Source: Cyanobacteria bacterium M_DeepCast_100m_m1_067 (GTDB lineage Bacteria > Cyanobacteriota > Cyanobacteriia > PCC-6307 > Cyanobiaceae). From it: DNA of 64,000 bases. Below are positions 9,740 through 19,283 of this stretch, piece by piece. Within the stretch, counting starts at the first letter, position 1. Every line of letters begins with the position of its first letter. The stretch covers positions 6,081 through 70,080 of the forward strand of contig VGQC01000001.1 in the NCBI GenBank assembly GCA_016882385.1, read 5' to 3'. The notes beneath the pieces are model-generated. The model had not been told where the DNA came from and did not search any database. It worked only from the letters and a program-made list of their open reading frames with translations. The position numbers and the translations under genes are program-made.

Positions 9740-10399
9740 TTAGCCCAGAGCCTGCTGGAGAGCCGCCAGACCGAACACCAGGAAGAGGCCACCACTGAGC
9801 CGGTACAGGAGCCGCTCGTTGACGCGCTGGCCCATCCATTTGCCCGCCCCCACCGCCAGCCAGGTGACCAGAGCGTGACCCAGCAGCGTGCCGGCCAGCA
9901 GGCCGGTGAAGCTGAACACCTGGGCTGGTGCCGTGGCCATGAAGATCGTGGTGAATTGGGTGCGGTCACCCAGCTCGGCGACAAACACCAGCACGAAGGC
10001 TTCCCAGATCACTGCCCAGGCCGTGTTGAGTGACCGGCTGGTTTCGGCCGCATTGATCGCCTCCTCGGCCTCCTCAGCTTCCTCCGAGGCCGCATCCGGC
10101 GCCATGCCTTGGGCATCGATCAGCAGCTTGATACCGAAGCCGAGAAACAGGGCGGCGGCCAGCCAGGGCACCACCGTGGGTGGCAGCAGTTCCCGCAAGC
10201 CGTAGCCCAGAGCCAGTGAGATCAGGGTGACCGCCGTGAGGGCGGCAAAGGCCCCGAGAAACACCCAGCGGGCTCGGTGGCGCACCGCCAGGATCAGCGC
10301 CATGAAAAACGTTTTGTCGCCCAACTCGGCCAGGGTGATGGCGGTGAGGCTGGAGCCAAAGGCGGCCAGGCTGGGGTCGCTCGAAAGAGGGATGCTCAT
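9740..10399 (-). CDS. TMEM165/GDT1 (UPF0016) family Mn2+/Ca2+ transporter, Mnx/PAM71-like
   Basis: Two E-x-G-D-(K/R)-T motifs (ELGDKT, ELGDRT) and an acidic central loop. Confidence 0.92.
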   Translation of the reverse strand: MSIPLSSDPSLAAFGSSLTAITLAELGDKTFFMALILAVRHRARWVFLGAFAALTAVTLISLALGYGLRELLPPTVVPWLAAALFLGFGIKLLIDAQGMAPDAASEEAEEAEEAINAAETSRSLNTAWAVIWEAFVLVFVAELGDRTQFTTIFMATAPAQVFSFTGLLAGTLLGHALVTWLAVGAGKWMGQRVNERLLYRLSGGLFLVFGLAALQQALG

Positions 10400-10501
10400 G
10401 CTCCATCCCTACCCCAGCGGTGGTCAAAACGGCGTGAAAGCGGCTACGCAAGTGGCAAATCCATGGCCAGCTCGCACAGGCCAGGGTCTGGAGCAGCCAG
10501 C

Positions 10502-10927
10502 TCAGGCGTCCTCGTCGTCTTCCAGCAGCAGTTGCTGGAACGCGGTGTAGAGGTCGCCATGGTCCGCGGCCGTGCGGGGATCGGCCCGGCCCACCGTGTT
10601 CGCCCCCCGGGGCCTGTTGCGACCTGTGGATTGGCCGGTGCCCATGGTGGGGGAGGCGCTGGAGTCCCCTGCGGCCGGGGCTGGATCCTGCCGGCGGGCT
10701 TCGAGGTCCCGCAACCGCTCCATCAGGTGAGGCGGCACTGTGCCATCCGGGCTGACCTGCATCAGTTCGCGAAACAGAGCCTCCGGGTTCTCCTCGACTT
10801 CGACCCGATGGCGTTTGTCCGTGGCCTTGGGCGTGCCCTGTTGGGGCGGCGTTGGCGTGGGCAGAGGTTTGGGCAGGCTGCGGCCGAGGGCCTCGAGGCG
10901 TTCGCGGCTGCGGGCGTCGAAACTCAT
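10502..10927 (-). CDS. conserved hypothetical protein
   Basis: MSFDARSRERLEALGRSLP...HRVEVEENPEALFRELMQVSPDGTVPPHL...LYTAFQQLLLEDDED. Confidence 0.8.
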   Translation of the reverse strand: MSFDARSRERLEALGRSLPKPLPTPTPPQQGTPKATDKRHRVEVEENPEALFRELMQVSPDGTVPPHLMERLRDLEARRQDPAPAAGDSSASPTMGTGQSTGRNRPRGANTVGRADPRTAADHGDLYTAFQQLLLEDDEDA

Positions 10928-10937
10928 GGCTCGGGGG

Positions 10938-11453
10938 TCAGCTGCAGCCGAGGGTGAATCGTGTGTCGCGGCCGGTGACGGGGTTGGTACCGCTGGCCAC
11001 GCCGCAGAGGGTTTTGAGGGCATCGCCCCGCAGCGGCACGTTGGTGAAGTCGGCCCCCTCAATCACAACGTTGGTGAATTTGGTGTTGAAGGCAAAGGCG
11101 TCTTCCAGCACTGCATTGGTGAGGTTGGTGCCATCGAAGATCGCCGAATCCAGGGTGGCTTCGCGCAGGTTGGTGTTGCTCAGATCGGCGTCCTGGAGCT
11201 TGGCGCCGAACAGGCTGGCTCCCTGCAGATCGGAGCCGGCGAAGCTGGCGTCCCGCAGGTTGGTGAGGTTGAACGTGGCGCCGCGCAGATCCTGGTCGTG
11301 GAAATCAGCGCCGATCAGCACCTGCTTCGCCACATCCATGGCGGCCTGGGCCGGGGCGGGGGCAGGCCAGGCGGTGCCGAGGGCCAGGAGCAGCGCCAGC
11401 ACCCAGCTCGCCAGGCGGTGTGGGCCGCGCTTGGGGGAAATCGGCGGATGCAT
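10938..11453 (-). CDS. pentapeptide repeat protein with signal peptide (lumenal or periplasmic)
   Basis: A(D/N)Lxx repeats, AQA cleavage site, C-terminal C...GTNPVTGRDTRFTLGC. Confidence 0.92.
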   Translation of the reverse strand: MHPPISPKRGPHRLASWVLALLLALGTAWPAPAPAQAAMDVAKQVLIGADFHDQDLRGATFNLTNLRDASFAGSDLQGASLFGAKLQDADLSNTNLREATLDSAIFDGTNLTNAVLEDAFAFNTKFTNVVIEGADFTNVPLRGDALKTLCGVASGTNPVTGRDTRFTLGCS

Positions 11454-11547
11454 GGCAACCCTTCAGCTCATCCCAGCCTAAGGATGGCCATTCAGCCGAG
11501 ATGGTCGACGCCGTTGTGGGAACCCTGAGGCCCGACCGGGGAAAGCC

Positions 11548-11913
11548 ATGCCACGCACCGAAGCACGCCGCCAGGGCGACTGGGCCGAGCAGCGCGCCCT
11601 GCGGCTGTTGCAGCAGCGGGGCTGGCGGCTGCTGGCCCGGCAGTGGGTCTGCCGCTGGGGCGAGCTCGACCTGGTGCTGGAGAAGGAGGGGCGTCTGTTG
11701 CTGGTGGAGGTGAAGGGCCGGCGCCGGCCTGGCCCCGATGGCTGGGGGGTCGGCTCCCTGCGGCGCGGCAAGCGCCAGCGGTTGGAGCGGGCCTGGCATT
11801 GCTGGCTCGAGAGCCAGCCAACCTGGGCCGAGTGCCCCGTGGAGTTGGTCTACGCCCTGGTGCCCCTCGCCCCGGCGGCTGGCCCGGTGCGCTGGATTCG
11901 CCCAGACAGCTAA
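11548..11913 (+). CDS. YraN (UPF0102) family endonuclease-like protein
   Basis: GDWAEQRA, WGELDLV, LVEVKGR motifs. Confidence 0.9.
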   Translation: MPRTEARRQGDWAEQRALRLLQQRGWRLLARQWVCRWGELDLVLEKEGRLLLVEVKGRRRPGPDGWGVGSLRRGKRQRLERAWHCWLESQPTWAECPVELVYALVPLAPAAGPVRWIRPDS

Positions 11914-11931
11914 TGGTCCCCGGGCGTGACG

Positions 11932-12279
11932 TCAGGGAGTCGGTGCCGCACTCGGTATCGGCGTGGAGCTGGGTGTGCTGATGGCTGGAGCGGGGCCGAA
12001 CTCCACCGTGCAGAGATAGCGGATGTTGCCGATCCCCACTTCCACCTCCTGGCAGTGTTCGCCGGTGACGACGGCCCCCGGAGGCAACTGCTGCCGTGCC
12101 CGTGCGAGGGCATTGGTTTTGTTCCAGATCGAGGAGGCGGTGGCGCTGCCGGCGCGGGCGGCGGGGGCCAGCCCCGCCATGCCGGCCACGAGCGATCCGG
12201 CCAGCAGAGATCCGGCCAGGAGCAGCTGCGCCAGCGCAGGGGCCGGGTGCTGGGCGAGGCGGTAAGGGGAGGCAGGCAA
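11932..12279 (-). CDS. secreted hypothetical protein
   Basis: Signal peptide ending in ARA. Mature part TASSIWNKTNALARARQQLPPGAVVTGEHC...RYLCTVEF has two Cys. Confidence 0.7.
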   Translation of the reverse strand: MPASPYRLAQHPAPALAQLLLAGSLLAGSLVAGMAGLAPAARAGSATASSIWNKTNALARARQQLPPGAVVTGEHCQEVEVGIGNIRYLCTVEFGPAPAISTPSSTPIPSAAPTP

Positions 12280-12303
12280 TGTGGGACAACTGCGGCGTCA
12301 TCC

Positions 12304-13143
12304 ATGAGTTTTGCTGCCCACCGCACCCGCAAGCGTTTTGGCCAGCACTGGTTGGTGGATCAGGGGGTGCTCAGCCGCATCGTGGCGGCCGCAGAGCTCG
12401 AGCCCACCGATCGGGTGCTGGAGGTGGGGCCGGGTCGGGGCGCCCTCACCGAGCGGCTGCTGGCCTCGCCGGCGGCGGCGGTGGCAGCGGTGGAGCTCGA
12501 TCGCGATCTGGTGCAGGGCCTGCTGGAGCGCTTTGGCGGTGAGCCGCGGTTCAGCCTTACTCCAGGCGATGTGCTGGCGGTCGAGCTGCCCACGGCCAAC
12601 AAGGTGGTGGCCAACATCCCGTACAACATCACCGGCCCCCTGCTGGAACGACTGGTGGGCCGCCTCGATCGCCCCGTTGCCCGCCCCTACGAACGCCTGG
12701 TGCTGCTGGTGCAGCGGGAGGTGGGGGAGCGGATCCGCTGCCAGCCTGGCTCCAGCGCCTACTCGGCGTTGAGTGTGCGGATGCAGCTGATGGCCGACTG
12801 CCGCAGCGTTTGTGCCGTGCCGCCGCGCTGTTTTCAGCCGCCGCCGCAGGTGCACTCCGAGGTGATCCGGCTGGAGCCGTTGCCAGCGGCCCAGCAGCTG
12901 GAGCCCTGGCTGGCTCGCACTGTGGAGATGCTGCTGAAGCGCTGCTTTGCCGCACGGCGCAAGATGCTGCGCAACACCCTGGCCGGCCTGCTGCCGGAAG
13001 CCCAGCTGGCTGAGCTGGTGGCAGCGGCGGGTGTGGAACTGCAGCAACGGCCCCAGGAGATCGCCCCGTCGGCCTGGGTGGCGTTGGCGAGCGGCTTGAA
13101 TCAAGCCACCACTGCCACCGCACCCCCTCCCGCCCATGGCTGA
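12304..13143 (+). CDS. rsmA: 16S rRNA (m6,2A1518/1519) dimethyltransferase
   Basis: [38 protein letters not shown] at 12304. Confidence 0.96.
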   Translation: MSFAAHRTRKRFGQHWLVDQGVLSRIVAAAELEPTDRVLEVGPGRGALTERLLASPAAAVAAVELDRDLVQGLLERFGGEPRFSLTPGDVLAVELPTANKVVANIPYNITGPLLERLVGRLDRPVARPYERLVLLVQREVGERIRCQPGSSAYSALSVRMQLMADCRSVCAVPPRCFQPPPQVHSEVIRLEPLPAAQQLEPWLARTVEMLLKRCFAARRKMLRNTLAGLLPEAQLAELVAAAGVELQQRPQEIAPSAWVALASGLNQATTATAPPPAHG

Positions 13144-14071
13144 CCTGTGTGTGCGGGCCCCCGCCAAAATCAACCTGCACCTGGAGGTGCTGGGCCTGCG
13201 ACCCGACGGCTTCCACGAGCTGGCGATGGTGATGCAGTCCATTGAGCTGGCGGACACCCTGCGGCTGCGGCCCACCGCCGATGCCCGGATTGGCCTGCGC
13301 TGCGACCGAGCCGATCTGCCCACCGATGGCAGCAACCTGATCGTGCGTGCCGGCGAGCTGTTGCGGGCCCGTTCGGGGTTTTCCGAGCTGGGGGCCGAGA
13401 TTGTGCTCGAGAAACGCATTCCCATCGGCGCCGGGTTGGCCGGCGGCTCCAGCAACGGGGCGGCGGCCCTGGTGGGCCTCAATGCTCTGTGGGGGTTGGG
13501 CTTTGATGCCGAGAGCCTGCAGACGATGGCCGCCGAGCTCGGATCCGACATGCCGTTTTGCCTCGATGGCGGCACCCAGCTGTGCTTCGGCCGTGGGGAG
13601 CGGCTGGAGCCGGTGGAGCGGGCGGAGCCCCTGGGTTTGTCGGTGCTGTTGATCAAGCACCCCGAGGTCAGTGTCAGCACCCCCTGGGCCTACGGCCGCT
13701 GCAAAGCGATGCGGGGCGACTTTTACCTCCAGGGCGAGGACGACTTTGCGCAACGTCGTCAGGCGTTGCGCCAGGGGCCGCTGCTGCAGGCCCTGCATCA
13801 GGGTGCTGCCCTGCCCGCGCTGCGCAATGACCTGCAGGCCGTGGTGGAACCGGAGGTGGAATGTGTGCGGCAGGGCCTGGCTCTGCTCCGCCAGGCCGAA
13901 GGCCCGCTGGCGGTGGCCATGAGCGGATCGGGCCCGAGCCTGTTTGCCCTCTTCACCAGCCTCGCCGAGGCGGAAGCGGCCCACACCGGCCTGGCGTCCC
14001 AGCTGGAGCAGGCGGGCTTTGAGGCCTGGTGTTGTGGCTTCAGCAACCGAGGTGTCAGCCTGGAGGCGTGA
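13136..14071 (+). CDS. ispE: 4-diphosphocytidyl-2-C-methyl-D-erythritol kinase
   Basis: [38 protein letters not shown]. Confidence 0.96.
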   Translation: MADLCVRAPAKINLHLEVLGLRPDGFHELAMVMQSIELADTLRLRPTADARIGLRCDRADLPTDGSNLIVRAGELLRARSGFSELGAEIVLEKRIPIGAGLAGGSSNGAAALVGLNALWGLGFDAESLQTMAAELGSDMPFCLDGGTQLCFGRGERLEPVERAEPLGLSVLLIKHPEVSVSTPWAYGRCKAMRGDFYLQGEDDFAQRRQALRQGPLLQALHQGAALPALRNDLQAVVEPEVECVRQGLALLRQAEGPLAVAMSGSGPSLFALFTSLAEAEAAHTGLASQLEQAGFEAWCCGFSNRGVSLEA

Positions 14072-14400
14072 GCGACCCCAATCCCCCGACCCAGCCGGAT
14101 GCGGCTCCCCGCAAGGGCCCCCTGAGCTTCCTGTCCGGTTCGCTCACCGCTGGGCTGCTGGCCTGGTTGGCCCTGGGCTTGAGCCGGCGGATGGTGACCT
14201 ACTACGCCCTGCACCCGCCCAGCTACAGCTCTGCCATTGCCCAGAGCATCGCCACCGCCCTCAAGACCCTGATTGTGGGCATGGCCTTCCTGGCCACCTT
14301 CAGCTTTGCCTTCATCGCCATTGGCTTGGCCCTGGTGTTCGTGCGCAGCCTGGTGTCCGGTTCAGGATCAGCCCCGGTGGAGTCGGGTAAGACGCCCTAA
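14068..14400 (+). CDS. DUF3082 family membrane protein
   Basis: GTG at 14068 overlaps the ispE stop. [11 protein letters not shown]...[21 protein letters not shown]. Confidence 0.8.
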   Translation: MSDPNPPTQPDAAPRKGPLSFLSGSLTAGLLAWLALGLSRRMVTYYALHPPSYSSAIAQSIATALKTLIVGMAFLATFSFAFIAIGLALVFVRSLVSGSGSAPVESGKTP

Positions 14401-14423
14401 CCTCCAGGCATTGGCGCCGTCCT

Positions 14424-14519
14424 ATGACCCCCCACGACCTCGGTCTGCTGGTGACGCTGTTGCTACCCGGCATGCTGCTGTCGGTGCTGCTGCTCTCCAC
14501 GTTCGCCGCCGGGGGCTGA
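14424..14519 (+). CDS. 31-aa single-TM microprotein (not in ORF track)
   Basis: Hand translation MTPHDLGLLVTLLLPGMLLSVLLLSTFAAGG*. CTG-rich host-like codons; sits in the gap between DUF3082 and pdhB. Confidence 0.65.
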   Translation: MTPHDLGLLVTLLLPGMLLSVLLLSTFAAGG

Positions 14520-14592
14520 GGCCACGGCTGCCGCTGGCGGCTGAGATAAGTTGGCGGCACCACCGGTCCAGTGCCGGAATCGCCTTCCCGCC

Positions 14593-15576
14593 GTGGCAGA
14601 GACGCTTCTCTTCAACGCCCTACGCGAGGCCATCGATGAAGAGATGGCCCGCGATCCCCACGTCTGCGTGATGGGCGAGGACGTCGGCCAATACGGGGGC
14701 TCCTACAAGGTCACCAAAGACCTCTACGAGAAGTACGGCGAACTGCGGGTGCTGGACACCCCGATCGCCGAGAACGCCTTCACCGGCATGGCCGTGGGTG
14801 CTGCCATGACGGGCCTGCGCCCGATCGTGGAGGGCATGAACATGGGTTTCCTGCTGTTGGCCTTCAACCAGATCTCCAACAACATGGGGATGCTGCGTTA
14901 CACCAGTGGCGGCAACTACACCATCCCCACCGTGGTGCGTGGCCCCGGTGGTGTCGGTCGTCAGCTGGGGGCGGAGCACAGCCAGCGCCTTGAGGCCTAT
15001 TTCCACGCGGTGCCCGGCATCAAGATCGTGGCGGTGAGCACCCCCACCAATGCCAAGGGGTTGATGAAGGCGGCGATCCGCGACAACAACCCCGTGCTCT
15101 TTTTTGAGCATGTGCTGCTGTACAACCTCTCGGAAGATATCCCCGAAGGCGACTACATCTGCGCCCTGGATCAGGCGGAAGTGGTGCGCGAGGGCAGCGA
15201 TGTGACGATCCTCACCTATTCCCGCATGCGCCACCACTGCCTCAAGGCTGTGGAGCAGCTGGAGAAGGATGGGGTGAGCGTGGAGCTGATTGATCTGATC
15301 AGCCTCAAGCCCTTCGACTTGGACACGATCACCCGCTCGATCAGCAAAACCCACAAGGTGATTGTGGTGGAGGAGTGCATGAAGACCGGCGGCATCGGTG
15401 CTGAGCTCATTGCTCTGATCACCGAGCATTGCTTTGACGAGCTCGATGCGCGGCCGATTCGTTTGTCGTCCCAGGACATCCCCACGCCCTACAACGGCGC
15501 CCTGGAAAACCTCACGATCATTCAGCCCCACCAAATCGTCGCCGCGGCCCAGCAACTGCTCGCGGGCCAGATCTGA
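14593..15576 (+). CDS. pdhB: pyruvate dehydrogenase E1 beta subunit
   Basis: GTG start (M)[34 protein letters not shown]. Confidence 0.96.
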   Translation: MAETLLFNALREAIDEEMARDPHVCVMGEDVGQYGGSYKVTKDLYEKYGELRVLDTPIAENAFTGMAVGAAMTGLRPIVEGMNMGFLLLAFNQISNNMGMLRYTSGGNYTIPTVVRGPGGVGRQLGAEHSQRLEAYFHAVPGIKIVAVSTPTNAKGLMKAAIRDNNPVLFFEHVLLYNLSEDIPEGDYICALDQAEVVREGSDVTILTYSRMRHHCLKAVEQLEKDGVSVELIDLISLKPFDLDTITRSISKTHKVIVVEECMKTGGIGAELIALITEHCFDELDARPIRLSSQDIPTPYNGALENLTIIQPHQIVAAAQQLLAGQI

Positions 15577-15577
15577 G

Positions 15578-17038
15578 ATGGCCCGCCAACAGGGGTGGTT
15601 TGCCCTGATCCTTGCCCTGGCCATCGCGGCCGGAGCCCTGCTGTTCAGTTGGAACACCCCCATCACCCCGCTGGGGCAGCGGCTCGGTCTGGATCTTCGT
15701 GGTGGCAGCCAGCTGACCCTGCAGGTGCAGCCTGCCGGTGCCATCACCACCGTTCGCAAAGAGCAGCTCGACGCCGTCAAGGATGTGCTCGATCGCCGCA
15801 TCAATGGTTTGGGCGTGGCTGAGTCGACGCTGCAAACCGTCGGCGACGACCAGTTGGTGTTGCAGCTGCCCGGCGAACAGGACCCCACCCGCGCGGCCAC
15901 CGTGCTCGGCACCACGGCCCTGTTGGAGTTTCGGGCTCAGAAACCGGGAACGGAGCAGCGCATGCAGGAGCTGCTCACCCTCAAGCGTCAGGCCACGGCC
16001 CTGCTGATACGCCTGGGCCAGCCCAGCCAGAGCGATCCCGACCCCGAACCCAATCAGACCGAACCCAAGCAGGCCGACCGCGATCAGGTGCAGGCCGATC
16101 TCCAGCGCATTAACGCTGACATCGTGGCTCTCTATGAGCCGGCCAGCCTCAGTGGCAAGGATCTCGTGACCGCTGGCCGCCAGCAGCAACAGAGCGGCTC
16201 CGGCTGGGATGTGACCCTCAGTTTCAACAAGGAGGGGGGTGACAAGTTTGCCCAGCTCACCCAGTCGATTGCCGGAACAGGGCGCCTGCTGGGGATCGTG
16301 CTCGACGGGCGCTCGATCAGCGAGGCCAGCGTGGGCCCTGAGTTCCAAGCGGCCGGCATCACCGGTGGCTCCGCCAGCATCACCGGCAATTTCAGTGCTG
16401 AAGAAGCCCGTGATCTGGAGGTGCAGCTACGCGGCGGCTCCCTGCCCCTGCCCGTGAAAATTCTGGAGGTGCGCACGATTGGCCCCTCCCTCGGAGCCGA
16501 AAACATCCGCACCAGCCTGCTGGCGGCCCTCACCGGCCTGTTGCTGGTGGCGGTGTTCATGGTGGTGGTCTACCGACTGGCTGGCGTCGTCGCGGTGGTC
16601 GCTCTCTCCCTTTATGGCCTGTTCAATCTGGCCGCCTATGCCCTGATCCCCGTCACCATGACCCTGCCGGGCATTGCTGGTTTCATCCTGTCGCTCGGCA
16701 TGGCAGTAGACGCCAACGTGTTGATTTTCGAGCGGATCAAGGAAGAGTTGCGCGAGGGCAACACCTTGATCCGGTCCATCGACACGGGCTTTTCGCTCGC
16801 CTTTTCATCCATCGTGGATGGACAGGTCACGACCTTGATCAGCTGCATCGCCCTCTTCGCTCTGGGCACCGGTTTTGTCAAAGGCTTTGCGGTCACCCTT
16901 GGCATCGGCGTCTTGCTGAGCCTGTTCAGTGCCCTCACCTGCACCCGCACGTTGTTACGGGTGCTGATGAGCTATCCAGCCCTGCGCCGGATCGATTACT
17001 TCCTTCCGCTGGCTCAGCGCCCTGAGCGGGTGGCTTGA
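15578..17038 (+). CDS. secD: protein translocase subunit SecD
   Basis: LGLDLRGG, RRINGLGVAE, IGPSLGA, GMAVDANVLIFERIKEE. Confidence 0.96.
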   Translation: MARQQGWFALILALAIAAGALLFSWNTPITPLGQRLGLDLRGGSQLTLQVQPAGAITTVRKEQLDAVKDVLDRRINGLGVAESTLQTVGDDQLVLQLPGEQDPTRAATVLGTTALLEFRAQKPGTEQRMQELLTLKRQATALLIRLGQPSQSDPDPEPNQTEPKQADRDQVQADLQRINADIVALYEPASLSGKDLVTAGRQQQQSGSGWDVTLSFNKEGGDKFAQLTQSIAGTGRLLGIVLDGRSISEASVGPEFQAAGITGGSASITGNFSAEEARDLEVQLRGGSLPLPVKILEVRTIGPSLGAENIRTSLLAALTGLLLVAVFMVVVYRLAGVVAVVALSLYGLFNLAAYALIPVTMTLPGIAGFILSLGMAVDANVLIFERIKEELREGNTLIRSIDTGFSLAFSSIVDGQVTTLISCIALFALGTGFVKGFAVTLGIGVLLSLFSALTCTRTLLRVLMSYPALRRIDYFLPLAQRPERVA

Positions 17039-17039
17039 G

Positions 17040-18026
17040 TTGACCATGTCCCCTATCCCTGCCCCTTCCTCCACCAGCCGGCCGATGTTCGCCTTCCGCG
17101 TCAACCGTCATCGCCGCCGTCTCTGGCTGCTGTCGCTGGGAGCTTTGGTGTTGAGCATCCTCGGAATGGCTCTCAGCTGGAGCTCTCCGTCGATCCGGGC
17201 CCCACTGCGCCCGGGTCTGGATTTCACCGGAGGTACCCAGATCCAACTCGAGCGGCGCTGCGAGTCCGCTTGCCCCCCCCTGACGGTTTCCAGCCTGCAG
17301 CGCTCCCTCGCTGCCCTGAAGCTGCCTGCTGATGGCGCCAATCCAGCCCCTGCATTGGCTGGGGCTTCTGTTCAGCTGCTGGATGGCGGCCGCTCCCTGG
17401 TGGCGCGCACCCCCAGCCTCAGTCCGGATCAGGCCCAGGTGGTGCTGCAGGCGCTCCAGGATCAGGTGGGAGACACGGTGCCGGGTGGGCTGTCCATCGA
17501 CACGATCGGCCCCACGCTGGGCTCCCAGTTGCTCCAGGCCAGTTTGGTGTCGCTGCTGGTGAGCTTTGTGGGCATTTCCCTCTACATCAGCTTTCGTTAC
17601 GACCGCATCTACGCCGCCCTGGCCCTGTTGTGCCTGGCCCACGATGTGCTGATCACCTGTGGTCTGTTTGCCTGGCTCGGGCTGCTGGCCGGGGTGGAGG
17701 TGAACAGTCTGTTTGCCGTGGCCTTGCTCACCATTGCCGGCTATTCCGTGAATGACACGGTGGTGATCTTTGATCGGATCCGTGAGAAGCGGAACCAGCT
17801 CAAGGACCTCCCCCTGGCGGATCAGGCCGATGAGGCCGTGATCAGCACGCTCACCCGCTCTGTTTACACCTCCCTCACCACCTTGCTGCCCCTGATCGCC
17901 TTGATCTTCTTTGGAGGCAGCACCCTGTATTGGTTCGCGATTGCCCTGAGTTTCGGCATCCTCGTCGGCGCCTGGTCCAGCATCGGGGTGGCACCCACCC
18001 TGCTCCCCGTGTTGTCCCGTCGCTGA
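17040..18026 (+). CDS. secF: protein translocase subunit SecF
   Basis: GLDFTGGT, IGPTLG, HDVLI, GYSVNDTVVIFDRIRE. Confidence 0.96.
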   Translation: MTMSPIPAPSSTSRPMFAFRVNRHRRRLWLLSLGALVLSILGMALSWSSPSIRAPLRPGLDFTGGTQIQLERRCESACPPLTVSSLQRSLAALKLPADGANPAPALAGASVQLLDGGRSLVARTPSLSPDQAQVVLQALQDQVGDTVPGGLSIDTIGPTLGSQLLQASLVSLLVSFVGISLYISFRYDRIYAALALLCLAHDVLITCGLFAWLGLLAGVEVNSLFAVALLTIAGYSVNDTVVIFDRIREKRNQLKDLPLADQADEAVISTLTRSVYTSLTTLLPLIALIFFGGSTLYWFAIALSFGILVGAWSSIGVAPTLLPVLSRR

Positions 18027-18105
18027 TCGTTCACCCGCTTCTGGCTCTTCCGGCTCCGCCGGCCGCCGCCGCGCTGGCCGCCCCAAGCGTGGGCTTGGCT
18101 GGGCC

Positions 18106-18276
18106 ATGGTCCCCGTATCGCTGGGTCTTCTCGCCCTGCTGGATCTGCGGGTTGAGTTGCTGTTGCTCGTGGATCACTTCACGTTGGCAGGGTTGGGGGC
18201 GGCGATCCGCAGCCATCCGCTGGCGGTGGCGGTGTTGTTGCTCCTGCCCTCGCTCCTGCAGCGCTACCGCGGGTGA
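18106..18276 (+). CDS. 56-aa membrane hypothetical protein (not in ORF track)
   Basis: Hand translation MVPVSLGLLALLDLRVELLLLVDHFTLAGLGAAIRSHPLAVAVLLLLPSLLQRYRG*. Stop lies 1 nt from the convergent gene's stop. Confidence 0.6.
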   Translation: MVPVSLGLLALLDLRVELLLLVDHFTLAGLGAAIRSHPLAVAVLLLLPSLLQRYRG

Positions 18277-18277
18277 T

Positions 18278-19279
18278 CTAGGTCCAGCGATCCATCACCT
18301 CCTTCACCAGCACTTCTTCGCTAAGCACCTGCAGCACCACCACCAGGGGCAGGGCCAGCAACACCCCGGGCAATCCGAGCAGGGCCCCGAGGCACAGCTG
18401 GGCGGTGAGGGCCACGGTGGGCAGCAGATTCACCGTGCGACGCAGCAGCAGCGGTGTGAGCAGAAAGGCTTCGGCGTTCTGAAGCACCAGGCGCAACACC
18501 AGGACCTGAACCATCTTTGCCGGCGACACCAGCAGGGCCAGGGCCAGGGGCAGCAGGGTGGCGGCGGTGGGGCCGATGGTGGGAACGAAGGTGAGCAGGC
18601 CGCAGAGCAGGGCGCTCAGCAGGGCCAGGGGCACCTTCAGCAGCGCCAGCCCCGCCCAGGTGAGCAGAAACACACTCACGGCTGAGAGGGTCATGCCGGC
18701 CAGCCAGCCCCCCAGGGCTTGGCGGGATTCGCCCAGCAGGTGGCCCATCTGGAGCCGCCAAAAACTCGGCGTCAGCGCCACCACCACCTTCTGGTGACTG
18801 CGCGGATCAAGCGCCAGCAGGATGGCCAACAGGGCCATCAGCAGCAATTGGATCGTTGTGTTGGCGGCACCGCCGGCTAACCCCAGCAGCTGGGAGCCAA
18901 GGGGTTGCAGGCGATCCCATGTGCCTAGCTCCATCAGCTGGCGTTCGAGATCGGGAAGCCAACGCACCTGGCGAGCCAGGTCGGCCAGGCGCTGGGTCAG
19001 GGCGGGCAGCAGCTCCGAGAGTTGGCTGATCTGCTGCAGCAGTTCCGGCAGCAGTAGTTGGCCCAGCAGCCCACCCACCAGCACCAGGGCTACCAGCACC
19101 ATCACCAGGGCGGTGGGCCGGTTCAACGGCAACAGGCGCCGCAGAAGTGTGATGGGCACATCGAGGGCCACGGCCAGCACCACCGCACCAAACAGCACGA
19201 GCAGCACCCAGCGCAATTCCCAGCTGAGCAAACCCAGCACGATCAGGGCCAGAGCCCCCAGCACCGTGCGGCCGTTCAT
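18278..19279 (-). CDS. AI-2E (UPF0118) family transporter
   Basis: Multi-TM; GLLTFVPTIGP, QNAEAFLLTP, GVLLALPL. Confidence 0.9.
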   Translation of the reverse strand: MNGRTVLGALALIVLGLLSWELRWVLLVLFGAVVLAVALDVPITLLRRLLPLNRPTALVMVLVALVLVGGLLGQLLLPELLQQISQLSELLPALTQRLADLARQVRWLPDLERQLMELGTWDRLQPLGSQLLGLAGGAANTTIQLLLMALLAILLALDPRSHQKVVVALTPSFWRLQMGHLLGESRQALGGWLAGMTLSAVSVFLLTWAGLALLKVPLALLSALLCGLLTFVPTIGPTAATLLPLALALLVSPAKMVQVLVLRLVLQNAEAFLLTPLLLRRTVNLLPTVALTAQLCLGALLGLPGVLLALPLVVVLQVLSEEVLVKEVMDRWT

Positions 19280-19283
19280 GGGG

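Noticed and set aside
10400-10501. yybP-ykoY Mn riboswitch upstream of the TMEM165 gene
   Set aside because: Could not find the GGGGAGUA / CAAUAC / GAGACC-type conserved segments.
18031-18216. 61-aa minus-strand ORF
   Set aside because: Low-complexity product. The plus-strand 56-aa membrane ORF explains the space better.
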